NCBI GenBank assembly: GCA_021324885.1
Contig: JAJPIF010000028.1
Span: forward strand, 35,798 to 99,797
Reading direction: 5' to 3'
Length of the DNA: 64,000 nt
From: Pseudomonadota bacterium
GTDB taxonomy: Bacteria > Desulfobacterota > Binatia > Binatales > Binataceae
Part shown: positions 1-10,500 of the stretch, one piece after another
Layout of the letters: every line of letters starts with the position of its first letter
Position numbering within the stretch: the first letter of the stretch is position 1
Notes under the pieces: model-generated
Databases searched by the model: none
Seen by the model: the letters and a program-made list of their open reading frames with translations, nothing else
What the model was told of the DNA's origin: nothing
Made by a program: the position numbers and the translations under genes

Positions 1-233
1 GTTGTAGATTCGTCCTTCGGCGTATGGCATCGCAGCGGTGTCCTTTCAAACGGGTTGTGCGACATGCTCAAGATAACACGCAATTGCGTCAGCGTGAAAC
101 CAAAGCAAATTCGCTTGCTCGGAGAGTATACGTCTCCACATTAGATCAGAACAGACGTTCAGATATGGACACGCGGTGTCGATGGATGGTTAGAATAGTG
201 CCGTTTTCGCCGCGCCGCCGTTTGGAGGGACTT

Positions 234-1025
234 ATGGACTTCACCGAGATTCTGTATGAAAAGGCCGATCGCGTCGCCACGATCACATTTAACCGGCCCC
301 AGGCGCTCAACGCTTATACGCCCACGCTGGGACTGGAGTTGAAGAACGCGCTGCGTGAGGCGGACGCGGACAACGAGGTTGGCGCGATCATCGTGACCGG
401 CGCGGGGCGGGCGTTTTGTTCCGGCTTCGACGTGCGGGTCGGCGCGCAGGCGAACAAGGCGCTGCGTTCGGGCGAGTCGCGGGGCTACAGCGAAATCTAC
501 GACAATTTCGACTATATGCATCAGCTGGGCACGCCGATAATCGGCGCGATTAACGGGCATTGCGTATTCATGGGTTTCGCGATGACGCTGTTCTTCGATT
601 TCAGGTTCCTCGCCGACAACGCCAAGTACGGAGCGCTGTTCTCGCAAAAAGGATTGGCACTGGAGCAGGGCGCGGGATGGATGCTGTCGCGTCTGGTCGG
701 GCTTACGCGAGCGGTTGACATCGCAATCACCGGGCGCCTGCTGCCGCCGGAGGAGGCGGTACAGATTGGCTTGGCCAATCGGGTGGTGGCGGCGGACCAA
801 CTGATGGCGGCGGCGCGCGAGTTCGCCCGTGACATCGCGCACAATTGCGCGCCGACCGCGGCGGCGCAGGCCAAACGCGCCGTTTATCGCGACCTCAGCA
901 TCGATTTCGCCGCCGCCTATCAGGCCAGTTGCCAGGACGCCATCAGACAGAATCAGACCGAGGATTTCAAGGAAGCGCGCCGCTCGATGGCGGAGAAGCG
1001 CCCGCCACGCTTCCCCGGCCGCTAA
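234..1025 (+). CDS. Enoyl-CoA hydratase/isomerase (crotonase) family protein
   Basis: GGAGG RBS before ATG 234; motifs ITFNRPQALNA, GAGRAFCSGFD, IGAINGHC; C-terminal EKRPPRFPGR. Confidence 0.9.
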   Translation: MDFTEILYEKADRVATITFNRPQALNAYTPTLGLELKNALREADADNEVGAIIVTGAGRAFCSGFDVRVGAQANKALRSGESRGYSEIYDNFDYMHQLGTPIIGAINGHCVFMGFAMTLFFDFRFLADNAKYGALFSQKGLALEQGAGWMLSRLVGLTRAVDIAITGRLLPPEEAVQIGLANRVVAADQLMAAAREFARDIAHNCAPTAAAQAKRAVYRDLSIDFAAAYQASCQDAIRQNQTEDFKEARRSMAEKRPPRFPGR

Positions 1026-1039
1026 GGAGCGCAAACAAC

Positions 1040-1651
1040 ATGAAAATCTACAGCAGCGCCGTCGCGCCAAATCCCCGCCGCGTCCGCATCTTCCTGGCCG
1101 AAAAGGAGATCCAGGTTCCTTACGAGGACGTTGACATCAGCTCCGCCGTCAACCGCAAACCCGAGTACAGGAAGAACATCAATCCGATGGGCGAGGTGCC
1201 GGTACTCGAACTTGATGACGGCACGCACATCGCGGAAAGTGTCGCGATTTGCCGCTACTTCGAGGAGCTTCATCCGGAGCCGCCGCTGTTCGGCGTCGGC
1301 GCGAAAGAACGGGCGCTGGTCGAGATGTGGAATCGGCGGATGGAGTTCCACGTGATGCTGCCGGTCGCGCAAACCTTTCGCAACACCAGCGAATTCTTCA
1401 AGGGACGAATTGCGCAAGTGCCCGAATATGGCGAAGTTTGCCGCGCCGCAGCCGAGAAGATTTACACCTGGCTCGACGAGGAACTGGCAACCCGCCGCTT
1501 TATTGCCGGAGATAGATTCACCATCGCCGACATCACGGCGCTGTGCGCAGTCGATTTTGGCCGCGTCTCAAAAATCCGCATCCAGCCCGAGCAAAAGAAC
1601 CTGGCCCGCTGGCGCGAAGAAGTTTCATCGCGGCCCAGCGCCAGGGCCTGA
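1040..1651 (+). CDS. Glutathione S-transferase family protein
   Basis: AAGGAG RBS; APNPRRVRIFLAEK, INPMGEVPVLELDDG, ESVAICRY, FTIADITA. Confidence 0.92.
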   Translation: MKIYSSAVAPNPRRVRIFLAEKEIQVPYEDVDISSAVNRKPEYRKNINPMGEVPVLELDDGTHIAESVAICRYFEELHPEPPLFGVGAKERALVEMWNRRMEFHVMLPVAQTFRNTSEFFKGRIAQVPEYGEVCRAAAEKIYTWLDEELATRRFIAGDRFTIADITALCAVDFGRVSKIRIQPEQKNLARWREEVSSRPSARA

Positions 1652-1758
1652 AGATGAAGGTCGCTGCGCCTGACTTTTTCCACCGAGACGGGGAGAACGC
1701 GCCGTCTTTCGGCGCCGTGAGGGGTCCTGATTGAGCGCAGCACTGTTTTGGCGCACGA

Positions 1759-1788
1759 TTGACAAGTTGCGGGACATAATCATTCTCA
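1759..1788 (+). promoter_or_regulatory. Sigma-70-like promoter overlapped by a Fur-box-like site
   Basis: TTGACA (1759-64), 16 bp spacer, CATTCT; ACATAAT-C-ATTCTCA (1774-88) matches TGATAATnATTATCA at 11/14 positions. Confidence 0.5.
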
Positions 1789-1915
1789 TACTCCGCAACG
1801 GCAATTTTGGTAGTAGGGTGGGCCGCCGTGCCCGGGGGACAGGGAATTAGAGCGGGCCGGCTACGCTACTGCCAAAAAATCGAAAATTGCCATACTCTTC
1901 CGGGTGGAAAGAACA

Positions 1916-3100
1916 TTACGCGTGCGAGCCCAGCAACTCGTTGAAGTTGCTGGCGTAAAAGCGCTCGCGCTGTTCTTCGCTGATCCCGTACTGGTCGAGC
2001 GCGGTCTTGAAGCGCTTGAGCGGATCGCGTCCGCCCTCCGGATGGGGAAAATCCGTCGAGAACAGGAACAAATCCGCGCCTGCCTGCTCGATCAGCCATC
2101 CCACGGGCTCGGGCGGAAAGGGCGTGAATTTGAGCTGGCGATGCACATACTCCGAGGGCTTCAGGGGCAGGTTGAGATAAGACTCGAAGCGCATGAACGC
2201 GGCCTGTGCGATATCCAGTTTCTTGAGCCACGGCACCACCCACATCGCGCCCTGTTCAACGACCGCGCCGCGCAGCCGGGGAAATTTCTCCAAAACGCCG
2301 TCCAGCACCATCGCGGACATGAAGGCTTCCGCGCCGTAATGGCAGACCATGTAATCCTTGGAACGGATTTCATCCGTACCGCCCAGGGGCCCGGTCTCGA
2401 TCTGTTTGCCGTTTTTGAGGAAGCCCTCGCGCTGGAAAAGAATACCGCCGCCCAGATGCAGAACGAAGGGCACGTCCAGTTCCTGCATCTTCGCCCAAAC
2501 CGGATCCATGTCCGGATGGGTCGGCGACATGGTCGGCGGCGGCGTTGCAGGCACCCAGAATGCCGCAACACCTTCGCGCACGGCCTGTTCTATCTCGATT
2601 ACCGCAAGCTCGGGGAAATCCAGCGGCAGGAAACCGACCGGGCGCAAGCGCCGGTCATGGCGGCAGAATTCGGCGATACCGCGGTTATGCGCCCGGGCGC
2701 CGCCGTAGAGCGCCTCGGGATCGAAGATGTGCTGCACCCCGAGATTGCCCCAGAACTGCTGCATCGTCACGCCCGTGAATACCAACTGGCGGTTGTAACC
2801 GAGCAGGTCGAGCGCGCGTTTGCGTTCCTGCGGATCGTAGCCACCCAGCGCATGCCAGCTTTTGCGGTCCAGGATATTGGCTTCCGCCCGCGCCATCGCG
2901 GCCGGATCCTTGCGGCGCCGCTCGATAATCGACGGCACGGCATCGACCAGGTCGGCGGTGGCCTGCCCGCCGGCCATCGTGAAATCGATCGGCTTGAGCT
3001 TCGGGCGCACCTTGGGATCGGCGTATTCGAACAGCCAATTGCGGGTTTCCATGAAATGGCTATCGGCATCGTTGTAGGTCCGGCCTTCAGCGTATGGCAT
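1916..3100 (-). CDS. Amidohydrolase_2 family metal-dependent hydrolase
   Basis: DADSHFME metal motif, FVLHLGGG, VEQGAMWV, FSTDFPHPEGG. Confidence 0.9.
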   Translation of the reverse strand: MPYAEGRTYNDADSHFMETRNWLFEYADPKVRPKLKPIDFTMAGGQATADLVDAVPSIIERRRKDPAAMARAEANILDRKSWHALGGYDPQERKRALDLLGYNRQLVFTGVTMQQFWGNLGVQHIFDPEALYGGARAHNRGIAEFCRHDRRLRPVGFLPLDFPELAVIEIEQAVREGVAAFWVPATPPPTMSPTHPDMDPVWAKMQELDVPFVLHLGGGILFQREGFLKNGKQIETGPLGGTDEIRSKDYMVCHYGAEAFMSAMVLDGVLEKFPRLRGAVVEQGAMWVVPWLKKLDIAQAAFMRFESYLNLPLKPSEYVHRQLKFTPFPPEPVGWLIEQAGADLFLFSTDFPHPEGGRDPLKRFKTALDQYGISEEQRERFYASNFNELLGSHA

Positions 3101-3203
3101 TGCGATGGCGCCCTCCGGTCAGATGGTTTCGCGAAAAATATACGCGATCTGAAGCATTCGGAACAGACGTTCAGATCGCGCCTTGCTCAAAACAATTGCG
3201 TGC

Positions 3204-4655
3204 TCAACTTGCGGCGAGTTTGCGGCGCAGGACCTCATTGATGATTTTCGGATTGGCCTTGCCGCCCATGGCCTTCATCACCTGGCCGACGAAGAAGCCG
3301 AACAGCTTGTCGCGTCCGCCACGATACTCGGCGACCTTGGCGGGTTCGGCACAGATCACCTCGTCGCAGGCGGCGGCGATCGCGGCCTCGTCGGAGACCT
3401 GGAGCAGTCCCAATTCCGACACTGTGGCTTTGGCGTTCTTGCCTGATTTGCACATCGCGGCGAACGCGGTTTTGGCGGCGTTGAGGCTGATGGCGCCGTC
3501 CTCGACCATCTTGAGCAGGCTTCCGACCTCGGCGGGAGCAGGCACGCTTTGGGCAACGCCGCGCCCGCTTTCATTAACCACGCGGAGCACTTCCGTCATG
3601 ACCCAGTTCGCGGCGGCCTTGCGGTTTTTGAGCCCGGGCAGAACCGCTTCGAAGTAATCGGCAATTTCGCGCTCCTGGGTCAGGACGTTGGCTTCATAGG
3701 GCGTCAAACCCATCTCGGACGTGTAACGAGCGCGGCGCGCGGCCGGCAGCTCCGGCATCGCGATCCTGATTTGCTCGACCAGGTCGGGCGGAACGATCAG
3801 CGGCGGCAGGTCGGGTTCGGGGAAGTAACGGTAGTCGTGCGCGTATTCCTTGGAGCGCATCGGGCGGGTGACGCCGCGATCGGGGTCCCACAGCCGGGTC
3901 TCCTGGACAACGCGCTCGCCCGCTTCCAGCAATTCAATCTGGCGTTCGATCTCATAGGCGATCGCATGCTCGACATGGCGGAACGAGTTCATGTTCTTGA
4001 CCTCGGTCTTGACGCCGAGGCTGTCGGAGCCGCGCGGACGGACCGAGACGTTGGCGTCGCAGCGGAAGCTGCCTTCCTCCATATTGCCGTCCGACACTTC
4101 CAGGTAACGCAGCATCGAGCGCAACTCGCGCAGGTAGGCGCCGGCCTGCTCCGGGGTGCGGATATCCGGCTCGCTGACGATTTCGGTCAACGGTACTCCG
4201 GAGCGATTGAAATCGACCAGGCTGCAATCGGGCGCGTGGATATTCTTGCCGGCATCCTCTTCGAGATGGATGCGCACCAGGCGGATGCGCGTGGGGCCGC
4301 CGTTGTCGCCGTCGCCCGGCAGTTCGATATAGCCGCCTTTGCATAACGGGGTTTCGTACTGGCTGATCTGATATCCCTTGGGCAGGTCGGGATAAAAATA
4401 GTTTTTACGATCGAAAATTGAGCGCGGCGCGATCGTGCAATGCGCCGCCAGACCCATCCGGATTGCCAATTCCAGTACGCGGCGGTTGAACACCGGCAGC
4501 ACCCCCGGCATCCCGCAACATACCGGGCAGACATGCGTATTGGGCGGCGCGCCGAACTCGGTCGAACATCCGCAGAAGATCTTGGACCGGGTCAGGAGCT
4601 GGGCGTGCACCTCCAGTCCGATTACCGCTTCGTATTTTTCACTGCTCGCGGACAT
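3204..4655 (-). CDS. gatB: Asp/Glu-tRNA amidotransferase subunit B
   Basis: VIGLEVHAQL, RKNYFYPDLPKGYQISQ, HLEEDAGK, FVGQVMK. Confidence 0.98.
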   Translation of the reverse strand: MSASSEKYEAVIGLEVHAQLLTRSKIFCGCSTEFGAPPNTHVCPVCCGMPGVLPVFNRRVLELAIRMGLAAHCTIAPRSIFDRKNYFYPDLPKGYQISQYETPLCKGGYIELPGDGDNGGPTRIRLVRIHLEEDAGKNIHAPDCSLVDFNRSGVPLTEIVSEPDIRTPEQAGAYLRELRSMLRYLEVSDGNMEEGSFRCDANVSVRPRGSDSLGVKTEVKNMNSFRHVEHAIAYEIERQIELLEAGERVVQETRLWDPDRGVTRPMRSKEYAHDYRYFPEPDLPPLIVPPDLVEQIRIAMPELPAARRARYTSEMGLTPYEANVLTQEREIADYFEAVLPGLKNRKAAANWVMTEVLRVVNESGRGVAQSVPAPAEVGSLLKMVEDGAISLNAAKTAFAAMCKSGKNAKATVSELGLLQVSDEAAIAAACDEVICAEPAKVAEYRGGRDKLFGFFVGQVMKAMGGKANPKIINEVLRRKLAAS

Positions 4656-4681
4656 TGTATTTAATCCTCGGCAAAGACAGC

Positions 4682-6142
4682 TTACACCACCGCCGGCTTT
4701 CGCGTCAGGACTCCGGATCGCTCGTAGGCGTCACCGGCGCGCAGGATGATTTCCTCGCCGAAAGCGGGGCCGATGAGCTGAAGCCCGATCGGCATGCCCT
4801 CGGCGTCATAACCGCAGGGCAGCGCCAGTCCCGGCAATCCGGCGAGGTTGACCGAAATCGTGAAGATGTCGGAGAGGTACATCTGCAAGGGGTCCGACAT
4901 CTTCTCGCCCAGCCTGAAGGCGGTGGTGGGTGCGGTTGGCGTGGCGATCAGATCGCAGCAGGCAAAGGCCTGATCGAAGTCGCGCTTGATCAAGGTGCGC
5001 ACCTTTTGCGCCTTGAGGTAATAGGCGTCGTAGTAGCCTGTGGAGAGCGCGAAAGTGCCCAGCATAATCCGGCGCTTTACCTCCGCGCCAAATCCGCGCG
5101 CCCGGGTTTTGCGGTAGAGGTCGAGCAGGTTGTCCGCCTCGACCCGCACGCCGTAGCGGATGCCGTCGTAGCGCTCCAGGTTGGCGCTGGCCTCGGCGGT
5201 GGCAATCAGGTAATAGGCCGCGACTGCATATTGGGTATGCGGCAGCGAGACCTCGACTACCCTGGCGCCGGCCGATTGGTAATGCGCGATCGCTGCGCGC
5301 ACGGCGTTTTCCACGTCCGCTTGCATCCCCTCCACGAAAAATTCCTTTGGCACGCCGATGCGCATTCCTTTGACTTCGCCGCTGAGCGCCGCTTCATAAT
5401 CCGGCACCGGACGTGTGGAGCAGGTCGAGTCTGCGGGATCGGCGCCCGCCAGCGACCGCAGCATGATCGCGCAATCGCGCACGGTCTTGCCGAACGGACC
5501 GACCTGATCCAGCGATGACGCGTAAGCGACGATCCCGAAGCGGCTGACCCGGCTGTAAGTCGGCTTGATTCCAACGACGCCGCAAAACGAGGCTGGTTCG
5601 CGAATCGAACCGCCGGTATCGGTGCCGAGGCTCCCGAGACATTGGTCGGCTGCGACCGCCGCGGCGGATCCACCCGACGATCCCCCGGCGACGCGTTGAG
5701 TGTCGTAAGGATTGCGCGTCGGACCGAAGGCGGAATTTTCGGTCGAGGAGCCCATCGCGAACTCGTCGAGATTGGCCTTGCCCACAAACACGGCGCCTTC
5801 GGCGCGCAGCCGCGCGATCACAGTAGCGTCGTAGGTGGGAACGAAATTCTCCAGGATTTTCGAGGCGCAGGTGGTGCGCACTCCCCGGGTTGCGTAGATG
5901 TCCTTGATCGCCAGGGGGATTCCGCACAGCGGCGGCGCGCCGCCTTTTGCCAACCGCCGATCGGCCTCGCGCGCCTGCGCCAAAGCCTCGTCCGCGCAGA
6001 CCGTGATGAAGGAATTGAGCAGCGGTTCGACCGCATCGATTCGATCCAGGCAGGCGCGCGTCAGTTCAACCGCGGACAATTCACGCTTGCGCAATAGCTC
6101 CCGGGCTTCGGTGATCGTCAGTCTGAAAGAGTCGGTGGCCAC
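4682..6142 (-). CDS. gatA: Asp/Glu-tRNA amidotransferase subunit A
   Basis: Amidase signature [32 protein letters not shown]; start GTG 6142 or 6148 next to the gatC stop. Confidence 0.97.
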   Translation of the reverse strand: MATDSFRLTITEARELLRKRELSAVELTRACLDRIDAVEPLLNSFITVCADEALAQAREADRRLAKGGAPPLCGIPLAIKDIYATRGVRTTCASKILENFVPTYDATVIARLRAEGAVFVGKANLDEFAMGSSTENSAFGPTRNPYDTQRVAGGSSGGSAAAVAADQCLGSLGTDTGGSIREPASFCGVVGIKPTYSRVSRFGIVAYASSLDQVGPFGKTVRDCAIMLRSLAGADPADSTCSTRPVPDYEAALSGEVKGMRIGVPKEFFVEGMQADVENAVRAAIAHYQSAGARVVEVSLPHTQYAVAAYYLIATAEASANLERYDGIRYGVRVEADNLLDLYRKTRARGFGAEVKRRIMLGTFALSTGYYDAYYLKAQKVRTLIKRDFDQAFACCDLIATPTAPTTAFRLGEKMSDPLQMYLSDIFTISVNLAGLPGLALPCGYDAEGMPIGLQLIGPAFGEEIILRAGDAYERSGVLTRKPAVV

Positions 6143-6144
6143 GT

Positions 6145-6450
6145 TCACTCGATTATTTTCGGTACTTTGAACATCTGCTCGCGAGCATCCGGCGCATTGG
6201 CGAGGATCGATTGCGGATCGTCGCAAGTAGCCACGACATCATCACGCATGGCCGCGCCGATATCTCCCACTTGGGCCGTCGGCTCAACCGCCGCCGTGTC
6301 AAGCTCATTGAGCTTGTCCACGTATTCAAGCATCTGTTCGAGGTCGCCCAGCATCCTCTGCTCCTCATCGGCAGTCAGCTCAAGGCGCGCGAGCAGCGCA
6401 ATATGCCGCACCTGGTCGAGATTTATCTTATTAGTTTTTTCAGTCGCCAT
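6145..6450 (-). CDS. gatC: Asp/Glu-tRNA amidotransferase subunit C
   Basis: [15 protein letters not shown]...FKVPKIIE; directly upstream of gatA. Confidence 0.95.
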   Translation of the reverse strand: MATEKTNKINLDQVRHIALLARLELTADEEQRMLGDLEQMLEYVDKLNELDTAAVEPTAQVGDIGAAMRDDVVATCDDPQSILANAPDAREQMFKVPKIIE

Positions 6451-6482
6451 TTGATGGAGAGCATAAACATGCCCATCGCCAA

Positions 6483-7292
6483 TTATGCCCTCAGCCACTG
6501 CGCGATGCGATCCGTGACCCAGTTGGGCTGCGCCGTTTCCAGCCCGTGACCGGCGCCTTGCGCGATCAGCAGTTCGGCGTGCGGGATGCGGCTTTTCAGG
6601 ATGTGGGCGTTTTCGATTGGCGTGCCGATGTCCTGGTCGCCGTGAACGATCAGGACCGGACAGCGAAGCTGCGGCAGCCGATCGTAGGCGTTGAAGCCCA
6701 TGATCCCGGCCCAATGGCGCACGTAGGTCTGCTCGGGAGTGGGCGGCGCGGTTTTGATGGCATCGAGCATGTCGTGGCGCAGTTCGGGCCGCCGCTCGAG
6801 CAGTTGCGCCGGATGGAGCATCGGCAGCAGTTCCTCGTAAGCCTTGTCCGGATCGGTCGCAAGCAGCTTGAACGACGCCATCCGCAGCGGGTCGCCGCCG
6901 CCCGGATTTTCCATCTGCGCGCCTGGGCCGCCGGCCGTCGTGCAGCCGAACACCGCCTTGATCACCTGTTGCGGATGGCGTAGGGCGAGTTCCTGCGCGA
7001 TCATCCCGCCCATCGAGAAACCGCAGATCTTTATCCGCGCAATGCCCAAAGCGCGAAGCAGGGCGCTGGCATCGTCGGCCATCTCGGCGATCGAGTACAC
7101 GGGCTGGTCCGGTTTGTCCGATTCGCCGGTCCCGCGATTGTCATAGATAATCACCTGGAAGCCGGTAAATCTGGGGATGCGGGGCAGCCATGCCCGACCC
7201 GGCATGCCGAAACCCATAATCAGCAGCAACGGTTCGCCCGCGCCGAACGTTTCGTAGTTGATGTTGATGGACCCGGCCTTGACTTTCGGCAT
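6483..7292 (-). CDS. Alpha/beta fold hydrolase
   Basis: DNRGTGES, GFSMGG nucleophile elbow, HGDQD, GAGHG. Confidence 0.9.
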   Translation of the reverse strand: MPKVKAGSININYETFGAGEPLLLIMGFGMPGRAWLPRIPRFTGFQVIIYDNRGTGESDKPDQPVYSIAEMADDASALLRALGIARIKICGFSMGGMIAQELALRHPQQVIKAVFGCTTAGGPGAQMENPGGGDPLRMASFKLLATDPDKAYEELLPMLHPAQLLERRPELRHDMLDAIKTAPPTPEQTYVRHWAGIMGFNAYDRLPQLRCPVLIVHGDQDIGTPIENAHILKSRIPHAELLIAQGAGHGLETAQPNWVTDRIAQWLRA

Positions 7293-7518
7293 AACCCATC
7301 CCCGATCGAACAGGATTTGCCCGCTGCCGCGCGGACATGCAATTCATTGCGCCTCCTGACGTCATTGGCAAGCGCAGTCCCGAAGATGGTGGCTGCTTGG
7401 CCCGCAAGTGAGGGCCGGCGCTTTGTGCGCAATGAAGGCGTCGTGATGCAATGCTGCCGGCGATGGCCGGGGCCCGGCGCGCCGCACCAAACGAGAGCTG
7501 GAATTGCGGACGGCGCAA

Positions 7519-7548
7519 GGCCGGCGGACTGGTTTAAGTCCGCCGGCC
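7519..7548. terminator. GC-rich hairpin downstream of the large secreted protein gene
   Basis: Perfect 12-bp stem GGCCGGCGGACT/AGTCCGCCGGCC with a 6-nt loop, about 20 bp past the 7570 stop; U-tract weak. Confidence 0.65.
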
Positions 7549-7569
7549 CTGCTTCAGGCTGCGTTCAAC

Positions 7570-10500
7570 TCAGAAGTTCACCACGAGGTTCTGATTGAAG
7601 CTGCAGGTTCCGAGCGTGAAGCTGACGGTCTGGCTCTTCTTCTTGCCGTTGACGATCGCGCTGACCGTCAGTTGATAATCGCCGGCCGTCAACTGGATCG
7701 GGTTGGTTACTCCTCCCCATTCGTAATGGAACATGAAAGAGGCGCACGGAGCGGCCTGGTTCACGCTGCGCAACGGAGGATCGTTCACGTTGCTCACCGA
7801 GATGCTCTTGCGATTCGAAGTCAGCCGGCTGAGCTGCAGCTTGGTCACCTTACCGGTCGGAAGCGGTGTGCCGCCCTCGGTTACCAGCACGCGCACGCCG
7901 CGCGAGGTGCCTTCGCCGCACATGTTCTCCGTGGCCGTCGCGGTCGCATGCGTGATCGGATCGCTCTCGTAGGTGACGGTCACCGTCGCCTGCTCGTTGC
8001 GGGTTATCAGCGTCGGCGCGAATACCGTCGCGAGGTCGCCGTTGCCCAGCACCTCGCCTGGGGGCAGCGGCGTCGAGAGCGACGGCAGGCCGGACAGCGA
8101 ATAGTCAGCGGCGTTGGGTCCCGAAATCGCGACGTTGGTGATAGTCAGCGGGCACGAGCCGTTATTGGACACCGGGAACGCAAGCGGCGTGGTGCACGCT
8201 CCCACGCTCTGGATCACCGTGGCGGGAAAGTTCTGCTGCGCAGGAACGTCGATATTCACCGCCGGCGTGGTCGCGGTCAACGCCACCGTAACCGTGGGAT
8301 TGATCGGGTCATCGCTCGTGATTACCAACCGGCAGGTCTTGGTCCCGCCCGAAGTCGGCGTAAACGCGACGGTCAGCGGCAGAGAGGAGTCCTGACTCAG
8401 AGTGTTGGGGAACGGATTGTTCTCGATAGTGAAGTCCGGACACGCTCCGCCGCTTCCATTGTCGATGGTGGCGCTGGTCACATGCAGGTTGCAGGGTCCG
8501 GTGTTGGCGACCGTAATCGTCTGCTGCGCATTGCTTCCGGCGCAGACGTTGCCGAAGGTGCCCGAGCCGCTCACCGCGATTTGTCCCGGCGGCGCATTGC
8601 CTGACACCGGAATCATCGTCGGCGAGCCCGCCGCATTGCTGGTCAGTTCAATCGTGGTCGTTTCAACACCCGCAGTGTTGTTCTGGGGCTGATACCTGAT
8701 CGGTATCGCGACCGAACTGCCAGCTCCCACGACCGTGGGATTGGTAAAGGTCGGCGCCACAAAATCGGCGTCGGGCGGCGAAAACGTCAAGCCGGTCAGA
8801 TCCAGGTTGCAACTGCCGCCGTTGGTCACCGTCAGGTTGAGGTCCTCCAGGTTGCCGGCGCAGACATTGCCGAAGCTGCCGCTGTCGGCGATCGCGGTAC
8901 CGATCGACGGTTGGCCGATGCTCGCGGTGTAGGTCACCTGCAGCGCGGGTTGAAACTGGTCGTTGCTGTCGATTTCGAACGTGGCGGTATCCGGATTGGT
9001 GCTGGAGTTGGTTATGTTGACCTGGATGGTCCAATCCACCTCCTCGCCGGGCTGAATCGTGGCCGGAAAGGAGGGTCCGGTGACGGTGAAGTCGGTGCTG
9101 CCGGAAACACGCGAGATGTTGCTAATCATCAAAGGCGAGGCGCCCAGGTTGAAGACCTGCAAAAGCGTGGTCGGCGATTGTCCGGAGCACAACGTCCCGA
9201 AGTTGGTAGCGGTGTTGATCGAAATTAGCGGGCCTGTGGCCGGCCCCAACTCGAAAGTGCTGCGTCCGAACGTGCCGGCGCGCAGCAGTTCGGGACTGGC
9301 GCTGGTATCCAGCGCCAGCGCCACGACGTCCACCGTCGGCATGCCAAAACCCAGCACCTGCCAGGTCGCCCCGTTGTCGCCCGACTGCAATACGCCGGCG
9401 TCATTGGCGACGATAATCGCATGCGGGTTGGTGGTCTGATCGATTACCACCGCGTGCACCGGCAGGTCGGGCAGATTGCTCGATCCTCCGGCGGTGCCGC
9501 TGATGTCCGTCCAGGTGCTGCCGCCGTCGGTGGTTTCGTACACATGCCGGGTGGGTCCGTTTCCACAGGCCGCGCCGCAAAAGCCCGCGTAAGTCACCAC
9601 CACGGTCTGCGTGTTGGCCGGATCGATGGCGATCGCGGTAGCGGGCTGTTTACCGGCCTGAGGGGGCTGAGTCGCCGGTGAACCGATGGTCGGTGAAGCG
9701 GCCGTCATGTTCGTGCTCACCTGGAGATTGCCGTCGTTGAGCGCAAACCAGACCGTGTTGGGATCGATCTTTGACGTCGCGATCGCGTTTGCCGGTGCGC
9801 TCAGCCCCTGGAACAACGAGGCGTAGCTCCCGCCCCCGTCGGTGCTGCGGTAGATCGCAAAGGTCGTCGCACCCTGCCCGAAGCATCCCTGCCCGGGCTT
9901 GGGCGGATTCGCCCACTGCGTCACCGAAGCGTAGACCGTGTTGTCGGTGCCGCCGGTGTTCACTTGATCGAATGCCAAGGTGTTGCCAAACCCGAATCCC
10001 TGGCCGCCTGTATTCCCCGACACGCTCGCGAATGACCAACTGCTGCCGCCGTCGGTGGTATTCATCAGGCAGGCGTCGTCCATGCCAACGGCATGCTGCG
10101 GATTGTAGGGATCGACCGCGACGCCCGCGCCGTCGCCGTCAACGTGCAGGTGCCAGGTGTTGGGGGTGTCGGAAGAGGTGAATGAACCGGTGCCGGTATC
10201 CTGCATCCCACCATAGGTGTACTTGTTGGCGGTGGCGCTGCCGCGCCCGATATCCATATTGCGCAGCAGGTTGCTGGCGATCGCGGTGCCCACTCCCGGA
10301 TTGGGGCCGTTGATGTTGACGAACGTGCTCCCGCCGTCGGAGGAAAGCGCTATTCCGCCGTCCTGGCCGTCATAAAAAGTCGTGTTGCCGGAGGCGGGAA
10401 CGTGCGGGCTGAAGACCAGCGCATGATGGTCGTTGTGGACCTGGCCATGGCCGATCTCGCTGAAATTTGCCCCGCTGTCAGTCGATTTCCACATATCGAC

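Noticed and set aside
24-233. 70-aa N-terminal extension of the first crotonase
   Set aside because: Strong RBS and family start at ATG 234; the extension is not protein-like
1748-1764. TGGCGC-ACGA-TTGA as a sigma-54 promoter
   Set aside because: Spacing is one base short and there is no GC at -12
1904-3241. 445-aa + strand ORF
   Set aside because: Antisense shadow of the amidohydrolase, typical of high-GC codon bias
7900-9240. Repeats in the propeller gene as a CRISPR or DGR-type array
   Set aside because: Degenerate in-frame protein domain repeats; no identical direct repeats with spacers
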